Under the pieces are notes generated by a model that saw nothing but the letters and a program-made list of their open reading frames with translations, ran no database searches and was not told where the DNA came from. A stretch of DNA of 61,726 bases, filler included, from Asterionella formosa (lineage: Eukaryota): assembly GCA_002256025.1 (NCBI GenBank). It is 18 parts of 18 records of this genome, joined end to end, with 100 filler letters (N's around TTAATTAATTAA, not from the genome) between each part and the next. Parts side by side here need not be neighbours in the genome. Positions count along the whole stretch, not along the records: positions 44,704 to 48,032 come from NKIB01014235.1; positions 48,133 to 51,461 come from NKIB01014236.1; positions 51,562 to 54,880 come from NKIB01014237.1; positions 54,981 to 58,304 come from NKIB01014239.1; positions 58,405 to 61,726 come from NKIB01014240.1; 13 more parts are not named here. The stretch is one strand, 5' to 3'. This document shows, one piece after another, positions 45,826-58,405 of this stretch. The position numbers were made by a program, and so were the translations under genes. Each line of letters starts with the position of its first letter. Positions within the stretch are counted from its first letter, which is position 1.

Positions 45826-48032
45826 ACGTTTGTAAATTAAAAAAATCATGAAAATATGATCACGGGTATTGTGCGCTAAGTGGCACAGGATTTTTGTATA
45901 TATGATAATTTTTGGATCAAAAATATGATCAAGGTATCTTGTATCTATGATGATTTATTAATATGTTACCGACCTTGAAGTATAATGATAATAAGAGCAT
46001 TATTATCACACAATGTATATAAACTGATCAACAACATTTCCCATCAACATCATAAACCTTCTCATATTATTTTCACTTCTTGTGATCGCCCGATGTAAAT
46101 TATAACTACAACGTATCCTGAAACCAGCTCAACTCTATGCTATCATGTGAATTGTTTCATCGTAAATCTATCGTAAACATGATCATAATTCTAATCACAA
46201 GATAGCTCAAAATAGATTGAAATGGATCGTAATTTAACTATCAAGTTAAGCAATGCTATCTATTAATCTACATGCCAGCGACCCAACGTTACTCTCTCTA
46301 CTCGGCTCAATGTATATTCCTTTCTTGCTCTTTCTTCCTCTGATCTGAATCGTGTGCGAGGCAGTGCCTTACTGATGCTGCGTCTCTTTCCCTGCTGTAA
46401 GTGTCATTCTGATCTTGCCGACTATTCCGTTGTTTGATTGTTTTTATTGTCCTATGCATGCAGTTACAGTTACAGTTACAATGAAAAGGAATGGTTTGTT
46501 AGCTAGTCATGTTACATTGACACAAGAACACGTAATTCCATCGTATCCTCTTGCTTCACTTACCACAAATCAATGCAACTGATGCATAAGTCTGTAATAG
46601 TAACTTGTCAGTAAATTCTTGAATAAGTAAGTTTCGGGTATCCAATGTTGTGGAATAAAACTTACCGGTTCATTTTTGTCATCTTAACTTTGAAAGAATA
46701 TAAACGTTTTGTTAGTTTTGTTCCAACAGAAGTGAACAGGTCCAACGAGCGACAAGAGCACTTACGCAATTTGGTTTTGTTTTGTTTTACATTGGTATTC
46801 CCCAAAACAAGCGAAACGAGCTGTTTAATCAACTGAGAAAAAAGGAAATGTGGCTGCGATTAGTTAACAATTTGTTGTTTTGCTGCCTGTCATCCAACGA
46901 TTGTCATCCAAGTACCGCATTGATGGCTTCATTACCTTAGACATTCTCCATCCTTCGAAGGCGCAATGTGTCGAAGTCACAATGTTTTTCGTTATGTATT
47001 GCGAAAACTTTCTTTTCTTTTCATGTGCTTTACTACGACGTATCTTTTCATGAAGCAGCAGGCATTGTTTGTAAACATGACAGAACGATTTCAAAAATAT
47101 ATATGCCATGAATATAGTTATAAAATTTGTAAATATATATATCATTTTAGTGTTATACATTTATAAAATTCAAAGGCGCTCTCGATATGGAACATCTGAT
47201 ATGGTTGAGATGATCATACTCGCATATACATAATGGGAAAATACTCAATGCACCATATGTCCTTTGTTTTCCACGACTACGTGTAGCGGAATTGTTTCTG
47301 AAATTTGTTTGCATCGATATTTTCTACGTCCGTTGAAACTAATTATTTAGACCGTTCAATTGCCGCCAGGGTTTTGGTAGCAAATTGTTTAAGCCCCTTT
47401 TTTGGTTGGGAGCTCTTCATGTGTACCGGTACATCATATGACAATAACAATGTATCATATATACATACAGAGTACCAGTAGCAGGTAGTAAGTGATATAC
47501 TGGGGTTGTCGGAGTAGTAAACTAGCAACAGAACACCATATGTTCAGGACTGTTGCTACTGCAGTGGGACAGTAAATCATCATAGTTTTAGGATAGTATG
47601 ATCATAAAACTAAAATTCAAAAGAACACCATATGTTCATGACTGTTGCTACTGCAAAGGGACAGTAAATCATCATAATTTTAGGATCGTATGATCGTAAA
47701 ATTATGATTTAAAAGAACACCATATGTTCATGACTGTTGCAATTACAGTGGGACAGTAAATTATCATAGTTTTAGGATTGTATAATCGTAAAAAAAATCA
47801 ATTAAACACCCTATTTTTATGAATGTTGCAATTACAGTAGAACAGTAAATCATCATATCTTTAGGATCGTATGATCGTAAAACTAAAAAGCAGTAGTCGG
47901 AGTAAAAAGCAAGCAATAGAACACCATAGTAAATCATCATAGTTTTAGGATTGTATGATCGTGAAACTGAAAAGCGGTAGTCGGACTAATAAGCAAGCAA
48001 TAGAACACCATATGTCTATGACTGCTGCTACT
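45826..48032 (+). repeat. Large non-coding AT-rich interspersed repeat, copy 2, with terminus and a ~92-nt tandem array (47530-48032)
   Basis: Matches 20653-22424. Starts ACGTTTGTAAAT. Unit AGAACACCATATGTTCA.GACTGTTGC.A.T.CAGTGGGACAGTAAATCATCATAGTTTTAGGATCGTATGATC occurs about 6 times. Confidence 0.9.
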
Positions 48033-49745
48033 NNNNNNNNNNNNNNNNNNNNNNNNNNNNNNNNNNNNNNNNNNNNTTAATTAATTAANNNNNNNNNNNN
48101 NNNNNNNNNNNNNNNNNNNNNNNNNNNNNNNNGATCTTTGGTTTTGTTTCAACAGCTTTCTTTGCTGCGCACAGTGAAGTCTCTGCTGGTTTCAGTGCCT
48201 ATTTGGCTCTCTCCAGGTGCTTTGTCCTCTATCCTCAGGTTGTGTTGTGGTACGAGCTCAAGGTGACTCAAACAATGAGCAAACAGACCTACAAACCTCG
48301 TGAAGAGCAGTCTTGCTGCTGTGTTTCCAACAAATAGTAAACACACAGTTGCCATTGGCAAACCATACTATCAGGCAGGAGATTTACATTAATTACACTT
48401 GTTGAATGAAATAGGCTCCTTAGCACCGTGTGTGTCCAAGTATTATTCAGGCAGGGTCCTGAATTTTGTTTCAATTAATTTTTTTAGTAAGGTGGGGTTC
48501 TGCCATTGTGATATTGATGTTCCTACCTTTGTATGATAATCAGTGATTTGTACCACATCAACAACAACACCACAACATTAAAACAAATAAGGATGTCAAC
48601 ATTGGCAATGAAAGCAAGGACAACAATGTCAAAGTTGAATTGAAATTTAAAATGGATATGGGCTTGTTGTGCCAGATGTTGAGTAGAAATAAGATATTGT
48701 TTGCTTGGATTAGAATGGACATGAAGAACAAAATTCTTTGCTCTTTATTGTTTTCTTCTTGCACACAACAGGAACAAAAATGTAACATACATACTACATA
48801 CATACATACATACATACTAATGAATGCAGGGAAGCAAGCAACGCCACTTAACAACAAGCCTTTTGTGTCTGGCAGCACTTTTGTATAGATATTTCAAGGG
48901 ATTCAGCTATGCTGCTACCAACACAGTCACCAATTGCAGTACCAATACATTTCAAATAAGTATGTTGACCTATTGAGATTTCAAGGAATATTCCCAAGTT
49001 AACAATACAGTCAGAATTCACAATGTCACATTACAAGTGAGGATTTGCTATAACGCATTAATTCTCCATATTGAATGTCAGAATACAATTTTCAACAGTG
49101 TCCTTTGCATTGCAATTAAGAACAAGATTTAAATTCTTCCTATACAAAATCCATCAACAAACTTGGCAAAAATGGCTCGTCATTAATTCTGGTGGCATCA
49201 TTTCCATTGGAGATACCAACCAGTTTCATTTTTAATGCAAGCAAACAGATGAATATTTCACTATATGGTAGTACAATGATGTAACTCTTTGTATAGGGGC
49301 TACTAGCTACTACTACAAAGACAACATGAAACTAAGATATACTAGTACCAGGTACTTGTCCCTCTCCTTTTCACTTGATTCAAACATCTTGATGAGACTT
49401 CAGCTCCAATAGTTTACATTGGCAGACAAATTCACTGATATGTCCCTCTATTTTATATCACCCTATTACGAATACCAGTATTCTTTTTCTTCAATCATAA
49501 TTTTTTAATGGCATGATTTATCATCATGGCAAGGTACCTGGTACCAGGTACACACAGTATCCTGCCTCTGCTTTTTGTCATCACGAATTCGACTCGCTTG
49601 ACTGCAATTTAAGAATCCGTCCGTCCTTCATCAGTATGTTGTGCTCAGGATGCATACCAGTACACAATTTAGTATACCGGTACTTAATAACACCATGACG
49701 ACCAACCATCCTGCCATCCCTCAGCATCCCAACAAAAAATGTTTC

Positions 49746-51461
49746 TGATGTGAGGGAGTGTGATGGTGGGAGGTGTACTTATCAAGCCAATGTATGTTGA
49801 AAGGTCTCGTACTCCTTCCCGTCTGACGGGTTCCTCTTACGTAAAACTTACCTGTTATACCACTAGTATTGTTATCTTCTTTCTGCTGCTAGCCTTCGTG
49901 CTAGTTTTCGCTATTGACCTTACTCTGTCAATTCTCACTGTTTCTTAATTATAAGATTAAACTAAAACTAAGTTTCAATCCCATTCATCACACTTCGAGA
50001 ACCTGTTCTTCGTGTTCCCTTTTCGTTGATGTAAACCTTCTTCTGATTGATCTAAGACATCAATCTCGTTAGCAAGCTTCTTGACATGGGAACGCACCAT
50101 TTGACTTATTGGACTATAGTCGAGTCCACAGTCCTTGTGACTCATTATAGCCATTGATGCTATATTCTTGACATCCTCCTCGTTACCATGTTCAAGAAGT
50201 TCTAAAATTGTACCACTCAGCACGGGTCCAGATAACCTTGTAAAAATCTGCTCTTTGACATTCTTCGTCAAAATGTCTGCTGGATTGTTTTCTGATCTTA
50301 GAAAAACAATATGAAACTCACCCTCATCTATCATGTTCTTGACATGATGAAACTTAATATCAATGTGTTTTTGTAGTGGACCTTGTTCCATGATATTAAA
50401 ATCCTCCTTGATCATATTTTTCATATAGTCGACTGCATTCCTGGTACCACAAATAATTCCATCATCCACGTAGTTTGCCAACAGCCCTTCAATTTGTCCA
50501 TCGTTGTTACGGTAGATAAACAACATTGGGTCTATTTCACTTTTCGTTATACCTTTCTTGCTGGTGACGCATTTCGCAAATGTCTTAGACCAGCATCTTG
50601 GAGCTTGTACAATTCCATACATAGCCTTAATTAATTTGCAGATATGTATATTCTGATCGATCCCTGTCAATCCTTCTGGGGGCTCAATATAAATGTCTTC
50701 GTCGACGTCAGCATTTAAAAACGCTGCTTCAACATCGATTGCTTCCGCTATCCAACCATAGTACAAAGTAACAGCCAGAACAGTTTTTATTGTAGCATCA
50801 CTGGCAACAGGAGCGAATGTTTCAGTAAAATCAACTCCCGGGATCTGTTCATATCCCTTTACAACCAACCGTGCCTTGTATACTGTCTTTCCGGTTATCA
50901 CGTCCTCCTTAATACGGAAGACCCATCTTGTCTTAAGAGCTCTCTTGTTCACGTCATTTCTCTTAACTATTTTCCACACTCCTCTTGCTTGGAAGTTTTC
51001 AAATTCTTTCTTTATAGCTTTCATCCACTCTTTGCGATCAGGTCTTACCATTGCCTCATTATAACTATTTGGTAAACCTGGGTCCGATGCAAGACTTGCA
51101 TTGAATACGAAATTTACTTCAGTTTCCTTATTCGAAGAAGCTTCCTCCTCAATCACATTTGGTAGTGAAGTGTCTGAAGTGAATTTAACATTTTTAGTTG
51201 GATTATACGATGAGTCCAACTTCTTCATTTCTCGTTCCAACTTTGCCTGTTGCTTCAAAACATTTCTCTTTTCTAGGTCAGAAATTTCATCACTCCTTGA
51301 GGTAGATTTTCCTTTTTCAGTGTCTGCGGTTAAGTTATCCTTGTCGTCATCATCTTCCTTGTTGTCTGAACCTTCTGGTAGTAAATCTTCATTGTAGAAA
51401 TCATCATCTAATCCATCATTATTGACTTCAGCTTCTGGTTGAACTGTTACTTTCTCTTTAG
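49746..51461 (-). mobile_element. 3' part of a Ty1/copia element: RT with internal deletion, RNase H tail, PPT and 3' LTR (50173 to about 49746)
   Basis: YKARLVVKGY.Q.PGVDF.ETFAPV, DVEAAFLN, KAMYGIVQAPR.W, YVDD, then directly KHIDIKFH...SENNPADILTK. The purine tract GAGGAGGA precedes TGTCAAG; the LTR's far end is approximate. Confidence 0.9.
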
Positions 51462-51561
51462 NNNNNNNNNNNNNNNNNNNNNNNNNNNNNNNNNNNNNNN
51501 NNNNNTTAATTAATTAANNNNNNNNNNNNNNNNNNNNNNNNNNNNNNNNNNNNNNNNNNNN

Positions 51562-52445
51562 TTCCCGGTACCACAAACAAGACAAGCCATACTTACCCGC
51601 TTGGGAGAGACCTCACACCGAGGAGACCAGCAGGCGCCAGCAGAAGAGATCAAAACTGCTGTGGTTCTTGCTGCGAGTCCAATCCCCCCTATTCTCCCCC
51701 CTTGGCCTGGAGTTGACAATTGTGCTGGCACATAAGGGGGAAATTGAAATTCCAGTCGCACTGCCTTGCATGATTCGGGCAAGGAAGAATATGAAGGGTG
51801 GCTGGCTGAGAGGAGAAATATGAAGGAAGCGGAAGCGGAGCAAGGTGGAGAAGCAAACAAGCAATCAAACAAAAAATTCTCGCTTGGTTGACATCTGTCA
51901 TAGTAGTAATACCAAACCAGTAGCCTGATGTAAGCAGAACACTAATTAGTGACAAACATAAATAATCCCTATATAAATCTATATCAAACCATCATCAAAA
52001 CGAATGTAAGTAAGATTATTGACACAAAAACTGAAATAATATTTGAGTTAAAAGGCAAACGCATTATTATTTAAGGTTTAAAAAATGAAAACAATGAATA
52101 ATAAATGGGTAGATGATGCAACGGACAAATAATATTGTGGCAGGAAAAAGCTTTAGAGTGAACAATAGGGTAATCGAAACCAGAATTTGAATATAAAATT
52201 TTCTTCAGGTACGTAGTAAAAAATATGTATTGATAGTCATACAAAACGACCATAATCATCAACTTTAAAAACTTCATATCTCTTGAATTATGAAGCTTCA
52301 TTACTAATTAAACAGACCTATTGAAAGCGGAGAGCCTGTTCTACATTTAGCTACGTACTTGATTTGTTGTCACCATGAAATTTGACTAAAATTGTTTGAG
52401 TCGAAACATGGGGTAAACTTTATATGACTCTCAGTTTTTAGGTGG
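51562..52445 (+). mobile_element. 3' end of a TA-flanked DNA transposon (terminus ...CAGTTTTTAGGTGG-TA)
   Basis: Peptide PVPQTRQAILTRLGETSHRGDQQ and the terminal ~120 nt are both homologous to 16500-17112; TA at 52446-47. Confidence 0.7.
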
Positions 52446-53042
52446 TACCGTGCATTGCGAATATGTAAACGGTAAAGATGTATGTACCGGTATATACCGT
52501 ATATATATCTACAAGCAGTCCAAAAATATCATCAGTCATAACCAATCTAGAGAAGAGACCTAAAGTTAAATGCCATAACGGTTAGTACAGTATAGATATA
52601 GCAGAGATAAAATAGGTGAGCCTATTAGACTGAAGTATTTGGAGCTATTTATTGTACATTGTCCATATTTATCAACTTGAACCGTGGCCGTTTCGATTTG
52701 ATGTTGCCTCTTGCTTGCCTTGACTCTATTCAATTTTTGTTTTGCCACGGTTTTGCTCATAGAATACGACGAACAGTGTTTTATGCCAACAAAAAACAAA
52801 TACTAATGTAAGTTTTTGTCAATTGAATTGCTCGTCTCGTCTCGTCTCGGCTTGTCTCGTTCGTTCCTTCCTGCTTTCGACTCGCTCTGCTTCCCTCATC
52901 ATGGGAAGGAGACGAGAAACTGCAGTTCCAGTTCCAATTCCAATTCGCTTGCTCACACCAGCCACTTCTTCCATTGTCGTCGTTCCATGTCTTTGCGTTT
53001 CCGTTTTCATTTCCGTTTCCGTGCTCAACAGAAACGAATAAA

Positions 53043-54173
53043 ATGAATCTACTTTTCCTTTTACTTTTCGCTTTAACCTTTCTAGGAAAGTCAATGTTGT
53101 CTTCGCCACGGTATGCCTACTCGAACTCCAAGTTCGGGGGAAAAAATGTGGCTTTTCAACAAGACTTTGCAGAGAGGCTTGGCATGCAAAGGGTACATGA
53201 GTGCAGAAGTGCAACGCCCATTGAATCCATTATACTTTCCGAGAATTTCAGCTGGAAGACAAGTGGAACAGAGTTTCTGCTTATTAGTGCTCCACCTGCT
53301 ACCAGGAGCATTATCAAGAAAGCAGCAGCAACAACCACCACCAACCAACCAAGTGAACTCCTTGTCTGGGAGGAGCATGCATTTGACTACTGGCGGTACT
53401 ATGCCTACTGGTATGCATACTATGGCAAGTGGCTCATGTTCCTTCGAGTCCACCACGATTGCATCAAATTTGTTGCTTTTCTTGACAGTACATGGAGTAA
53501 CTTGGATTGGTGGTTACCAATTAACTACTATCAGTATGACAAGTTGATCTTGTTCATTCAAATACCAACATTGACGGAAATACTGGATGCGTCACAGGAC
53601 GGGTTGGCAGAAGTGTTGGGGGATGTGTCGGGGACCACGTTGTTGGTGCAATTGCTAGTGTATGTGTTTGTGTTTGTGTTCGTCTTGTCAGGGGTTTCGT
53701 TCTTGTCGCACTTGTTGGCATATGTGTCGGGGACCACGTTGTTGGTGCAAGTGTTGGGGTATATGAAAGTATTCAAGCTGACGACATGGCTGCCGACTGT
53801 CTCACTGCATCCCTACTACGCACCTGGAGACGGATTGGCGCCTCAAGTGAACTCGAAAGCAAGCTCTGTTTCTGTTGCTCCGAAAGTCTATAGGGGGTCA
53901 TCTTATGCTCGTTCTCTGCATACGGATTACTGGGTGGATTACAGGCCACCCAAGGAATGCCACATGCGACGAGATGATTTATGGTTCCTACATTGCTACT
54001 TTTCTCGCAAATCATGGAAATCAAGGAAGATGGAGATTAAGGCTATGCTAGATGGTGTGGTTGCAAGAAGCTTTGCTCAATACATTTCCGACAATGAAGA
54101 CAGAAGGCAAGTTTGCATGAAAGATATCAGTGTGACTGCTATTGTAATGTATTTTCTGCAACACTTGAACTGA
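53043..54173 (+). CDS. Orphan 376-aa ORF, hydrophobic and Tyr/Trp-rich; possibly repeat-derived
   Basis: Long open frame with a signal-like N-terminus and an internal duplication VSGTTLLVQ. No recognisable domain. Confidence 0.4.
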   Translation: MNLLFLLLFALTFLGKSMLSSPRYAYSNSKFGGKNVAFQQDFAERLGMQRVHECRSATPIESIILSENFSWKTSGTEFLLISAPPATRSIIKKAAATTTTNQPSELLVWEEHAFDYWRYYAYWYAYYGKWLMFLRVHHDCIKFVAFLDSTWSNLDWWLPINYYQYDKLILFIQIPTLTEILDASQDGLAEVLGDVSGTTLLVQLLVYVFVFVFVLSGVSFLSHLLAYVSGTTLLVQVLGYMKVFKLTTWLPTVSLHPYYAPGDGLAPQVNSKASSVSVAPKVYRGSSYARSLHTDYWVDYRPPKECHMRRDDLWFLHCYFSRKSWKSRKMEIKAMLDGVVARSFAQYISDNEDRRQVCMKDISVTAIVMYFLQHLN

Positions 54174-55494
54174 ACAAAACTACTGAATGAAGAACAAAAA
54201 CTACCAAAACTACCAAAACAACAAAAAAACAGAGACAACAACATGAAATTCTATCAAGTTCGGTTTCTTGCTGTGAAATGTTTCCTTAGATGCCACACTC
54301 GATCGTTCAAGTAACAACTGGTTTGGGACCCAGTAACCCCTACGGGGGTACGCCCTCGAGTTCAATTGTCTTCTTCTGGTCTCATCTCACAACAGGTAGA
54401 CCGTTCTCACAAACCAACAGGCGGCGCGGCGAATTACAACAATGTATTATAGAGCTATAGAGCTATGAAGCTTTTCTTTTCGTGGATGACTATTTTGTAT
54501 TATAGTAGAAGGCATTAACTTATTTTCGGGTATGACATGATGATTACTTTGTCTTATAGAAGCTATAGAACGATTGGAGTTATTTCATTTTATCGGTATC
54601 GGTAGTCTTGAATGAGAGCATCATCATTGGGTTTTAGGGTTTTAGACAACGAATATAGTGAGCGACACTTGTTGCGATTCAAGACCTTAGCGACCGTAAC
54701 TGATTTAAAAACTGGGCACCAACAGGCTTTGTGGCAGGCAACAGTTTCTCACTCGCCGTACCGTGATCTCCCAGGGAACAAACATATAAATTAAATTTTT
54801 TCAATAAGAGGGAAAAATCCCCGAAGGCTCTTTTCCAACCAGACATGAGTTTGTTTATGTCAACGTAATCTCCAGAGTTCNNNNNNNNNNNNNNNNNNNN
54901 NNNNNNNNNNNNNNNNNNNNNNNNTTAATTAATTAANNNNNNNNNNNNNNNNNNNNNNNNNNNNNNNNNNNNNNNNNNNNGACCGATCATTGCGTGGAAA
55001 CTGAAAAGGGTGTTGGTGAGGATGGTTTGGCGGGATTCTGGCGTGGTTGCTTGGTCTAGCGAGGTTGCGAAATGGTGGAACTCAGTCAAGAGTTTGTTGC
55101 GCGCAACGAGAGTATCTGTAAAATAGTTCTTCCAGGTGTTTGCGAGAATCATGTTGCTAGAGATGTTGTTTATTGATTTAGACTATAAATTGCGAAAGGC
55201 TTGGCGATGCTTTAGACTGCTTCTCTGAATCGTTATTCAAAGAGTTGTGTGCTTCACCCCTGTACTACTACTTTCTTGTTTAACCTCGCGTGGTTGCTGT
55301 CTTCTTCCCTTATTGTCTTAGCTGCCGATTCTTGGTTGTTCGATTCAACTCTAAAAGCTAGAACTTAATAGTCGCGTTGTCGCTATATTAATTTCTCAGC
55401 TTCGACTCCTTCGATTCGCATCGCGTGGTTTTTCTAGTGCATCTGGTGCTCGACTGGTATAACTCCATCGCATCTGTCCTTGTCCGTAATATAA

Positions 55495-55916
55495 ACTCTG
55501 AGTGCCTTAACTATGATTGATCCGGCCACTGGCTGGTTCGAAATCAAAGCGATAACGGACAAAAGTGCAGCTTCCATAATGGACCATTTTGATAACGAAT
55601 GACTGGCGCGCTATCCACGACCACAAAGCATTATATTCGATAATGGTGGGGAATTTAAGAACTTATTTAAGGCTATGTGCGATAACTACGGGCTTAAATC
55701 TACACATACCATGAGTTATAACCCGCAGGCCAATTCTGTCCTTGAACGTGTTCACCAGGTATTGGGCAAAATGTTGTGCACGCAGCAACGCATTGCTGAT
55801 ACTATCTCGGTTGAACAACCCTGGGATAATTTCCTTGCCGCGGCTGCCTGGGCTATTCGCAGCACGTACAATACCACTCTTGACGCCACTCCCGGTTAAC
55901 TGGTTTTTGGGCGTGT
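55495..55916 (+). pseudogene. Ty3/gypsy integrase core fragment
   Basis: ALTMIDPATGWFEI, E*LARYPRP..IIFDNGGEFK, NPQANSVLERVHQVLG.ML, AWAIRSTY.TTL.ATPG*LVFGR; two nonsense codons. Confidence 0.9.
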
Positions 55917-56973
55917 CTTGACAAGACTTCATCTCGGAAGTAATTCAATTGGTGATGACGGAGCCAAGGCCATTGCAGAGGCTCTCAAGGTCAATACTGT
56001 CTTGACTAAACTTGATCTCGATAGTAATTCAATTGGTGTTGATGGAGCCAATGCCATTGCAGAGGCTCTCAAGGTCAATACTGTCTTGACTACACTTGAT
56101 CTCTGGCGTAATTCAATTGGTGATGACGGAGCCAAGGCCATTGCAGAAGCTCTCAAGGTCAATACTGTCTTGACTAAACTTGATGTCGATTATAATTCAA
56201 TTGGTAATAATTTACTAAATGATATTCAAAAACTGGTTGATGGAAACAAGAATCGCAAACCAACAGCAGCCAACACAACTCAGCCAACATCATCAAAAAC
56301 AACAACAAATGCAGCACATCCTTCTTCCCCAACAACTCCAACACCAAGCAGTAACAATCCAACTGATCCCATTGTCGAAAATAGGTTTTTAACTAATCAA
56401 CAACAGGAAGGCACCAATATAAAAGGAGACAATGAGCACATTGTACATGAGAATCTAGTCAAGCTAATGGCAAAGACGCAAGAAGACAATGAACGTATTA
56501 AGACTCTCATTGAATCTTTTGAAGACAAGAAGTCAAATCAAGCATTTAGTTTTCAACTCACAACCAAGCATCAGGAAATATTGAATATATTACTTGAAAA
56601 AACAAGCCAGGATTCTGACGATCAGGAGGAACAAAAGGCAATCCTTTCTTGTAAGAAATACAGTGAGTTCTATCTAGAATTTTTTGGCAAACTAAACTGT
56701 ATGATTGGAGCTTGTGAGGGTCTTTCCTCAAACATGTTGGCAGCTGGTAGCAATGGTTCTGTACGTTCTTTTATCATCCAACTTCTTAGAAATAATAAAG
56801 TTGAGCAGATCAAGAATACCAAAATTGGTGCACTTGTTGCTAATGCCATCGGGGTTGTTAAGAATGAAATAAAATTACCTGGCGCGCATACAATTGGTTC
56901 CTTTTTTCAGATGATTGTTCAACTCAAAGAGAGTCGAGATCGCTGGTTGGGCATTGCTAAAGAGGTTCATTGA
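55915..56973 (+). pseudogene. Fragment of an RI-like (NLRC3-type) LRR protein with a C-terminal helical region; 5' end missing
   Basis: 28-aa repeats LT.L.L..NSIG.DGA.AIAEALKVNTV (three, plus a partial fourth), a Thr/Pro/Ser linker and a coiled region. Begins mid-repeat at the integrase junction. Confidence 0.75.
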
Positions 56974-58405
56974 AAAAAAACGACATGTGGCAAATACTGC
57001 CGGTATGGAACAAAGAAGCAAGTTCCAAAATGAGTTTACAAAGAAAAAGCGAATAGGCGATTATCCAAAGCAACCCAATCGGCGATTGGCTGACGTTGGG
57101 GGTAATACCCCATCGTCGAAGGGGACACCATTAGCTACTGGTACAAATGATCCCTTAATTGACAACCATTTTTAACAGGAGAAAAATCTGGTGCGATCAA
57201 ATTTCAACTCAGTCTTCGGCCACAGTGTGAATTGTAAACACGTTTTTTTGGTTCGCTGATCAATGCCAGTACAGAAGCATTTTGCTTCTTGTTGCTGAAA
57301 GGAAAATTGCGATTGCAACAAAAATATTTGGGTTTCAATCCAGATACCCATGAAATTTCAGAGAACGATATTCGTCATTCTACCGATTTTGTCGACATTG
57401 GTGGGACACCACTTATTAAAAAAGTGTGAAGGAAGAAAGTTGATTTTCAAATTGTCTCACTGATCAATGGACTGATGATTTACTCGTTTATTATAAGGAA
57501 ATCTACAAATTATGCTTCTCCACTTTTCAACTGCAGTTTGATATGAGTCTGCAATCTTCTTCAAGTTCATTCCAGAAGGGCTATCAAAAGATACAAAATT
57601 TTCTTTCAACTCTTTGTCAATTTTGATGCATCAAGAAATTTGGCCAAGAGGTGCATGATTATACCATTTGAAGGGAGCAAGTTTGTCATTACTTTGTTGT
57701 ATCATGGGTTTTACGTAGACAACTTCATCCTTTTTGAAAGAAGAGTTGCAAGGAACTCGTCCAATACTTCGTTCAACATTTTTAAATCTAAATAGGATGT
57801 CAAAATTTTGTCGATACAAAATGAAGAACAGTTATTTCCAACTGAAACATATCCTCACGAGAATTTGCTTGTCTTTGTCACTTGAGGCCAAACTGTTCCA
57901 AGATGAAAGTATGTTGACTTGGTTGGTGGGTCAGATGTAATGGATAAGAAATCGTCTGTTCGATCTGTTGCTACCACCTGACGTTTTAAAACTTTCCAGG
58001 ACTCAATCTCCAAACGGAAATGTGCCCGTTTGCCAAGAAATTTGGTTTTGCCATTCCTTTCTAATTGCAATAGGTTTTCCAACACTTTCACAATTGTAAA
58101 AGGTCCACATGACCATCCACTGTCATCTTCTGGTTGAAATAACATGGAATCATGCATATTCAGTGGCCATACTGATCTGCAATGGTGCTTTGGTGCCAGT
58201 ATAGAAAGATTCCGAGAACCCAATTTCTTCAGGTATATGGAATTCTTGTGGAAGATATCCTGTATCGGTGCATAACAATGCCAATCCTATTCTGCATCCG
58301 GGGANNNNNNNNNNNNNNNNNNNNNNNNNNNNNNNNNNNNNNNNNNNNTTAATTAATTAANNNNNNNNNNNNNNNNNNNNNNNNNNNNNNNNNNNNNNNN
58401 NNNNT

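Noticed and set aside
47530..48032. ~92-nt repeat array as a CRISPR array
   Set aside because: Units are similar along their whole length with no unique spacers, there are no cas genes, and the context is eukaryotic.
54981..55152. Minus-strand ORF start (MILANTWKNYF...) at the contig edge
   Set aside because: Only 57 codons are visible. It may be a retroelement ORF1, but no motif supports a call.
14054..55916. Alternative genetic code (TGA/TAG read as Trp) suggested by stops at Trp positions
   Set aside because: These occur only in decayed transposons, alongside other lesions. Intact genes use TGG and end in TAA, TAG or TGA.
3345..58404. Regularly spaced TTAATTAATTAA motif flanked by Ns, and any gene clustering across it
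   Set aside because: Artificial six-frame-stop linker between size-sorted contigs. ORFs containing X or ending LIN are artefacts.
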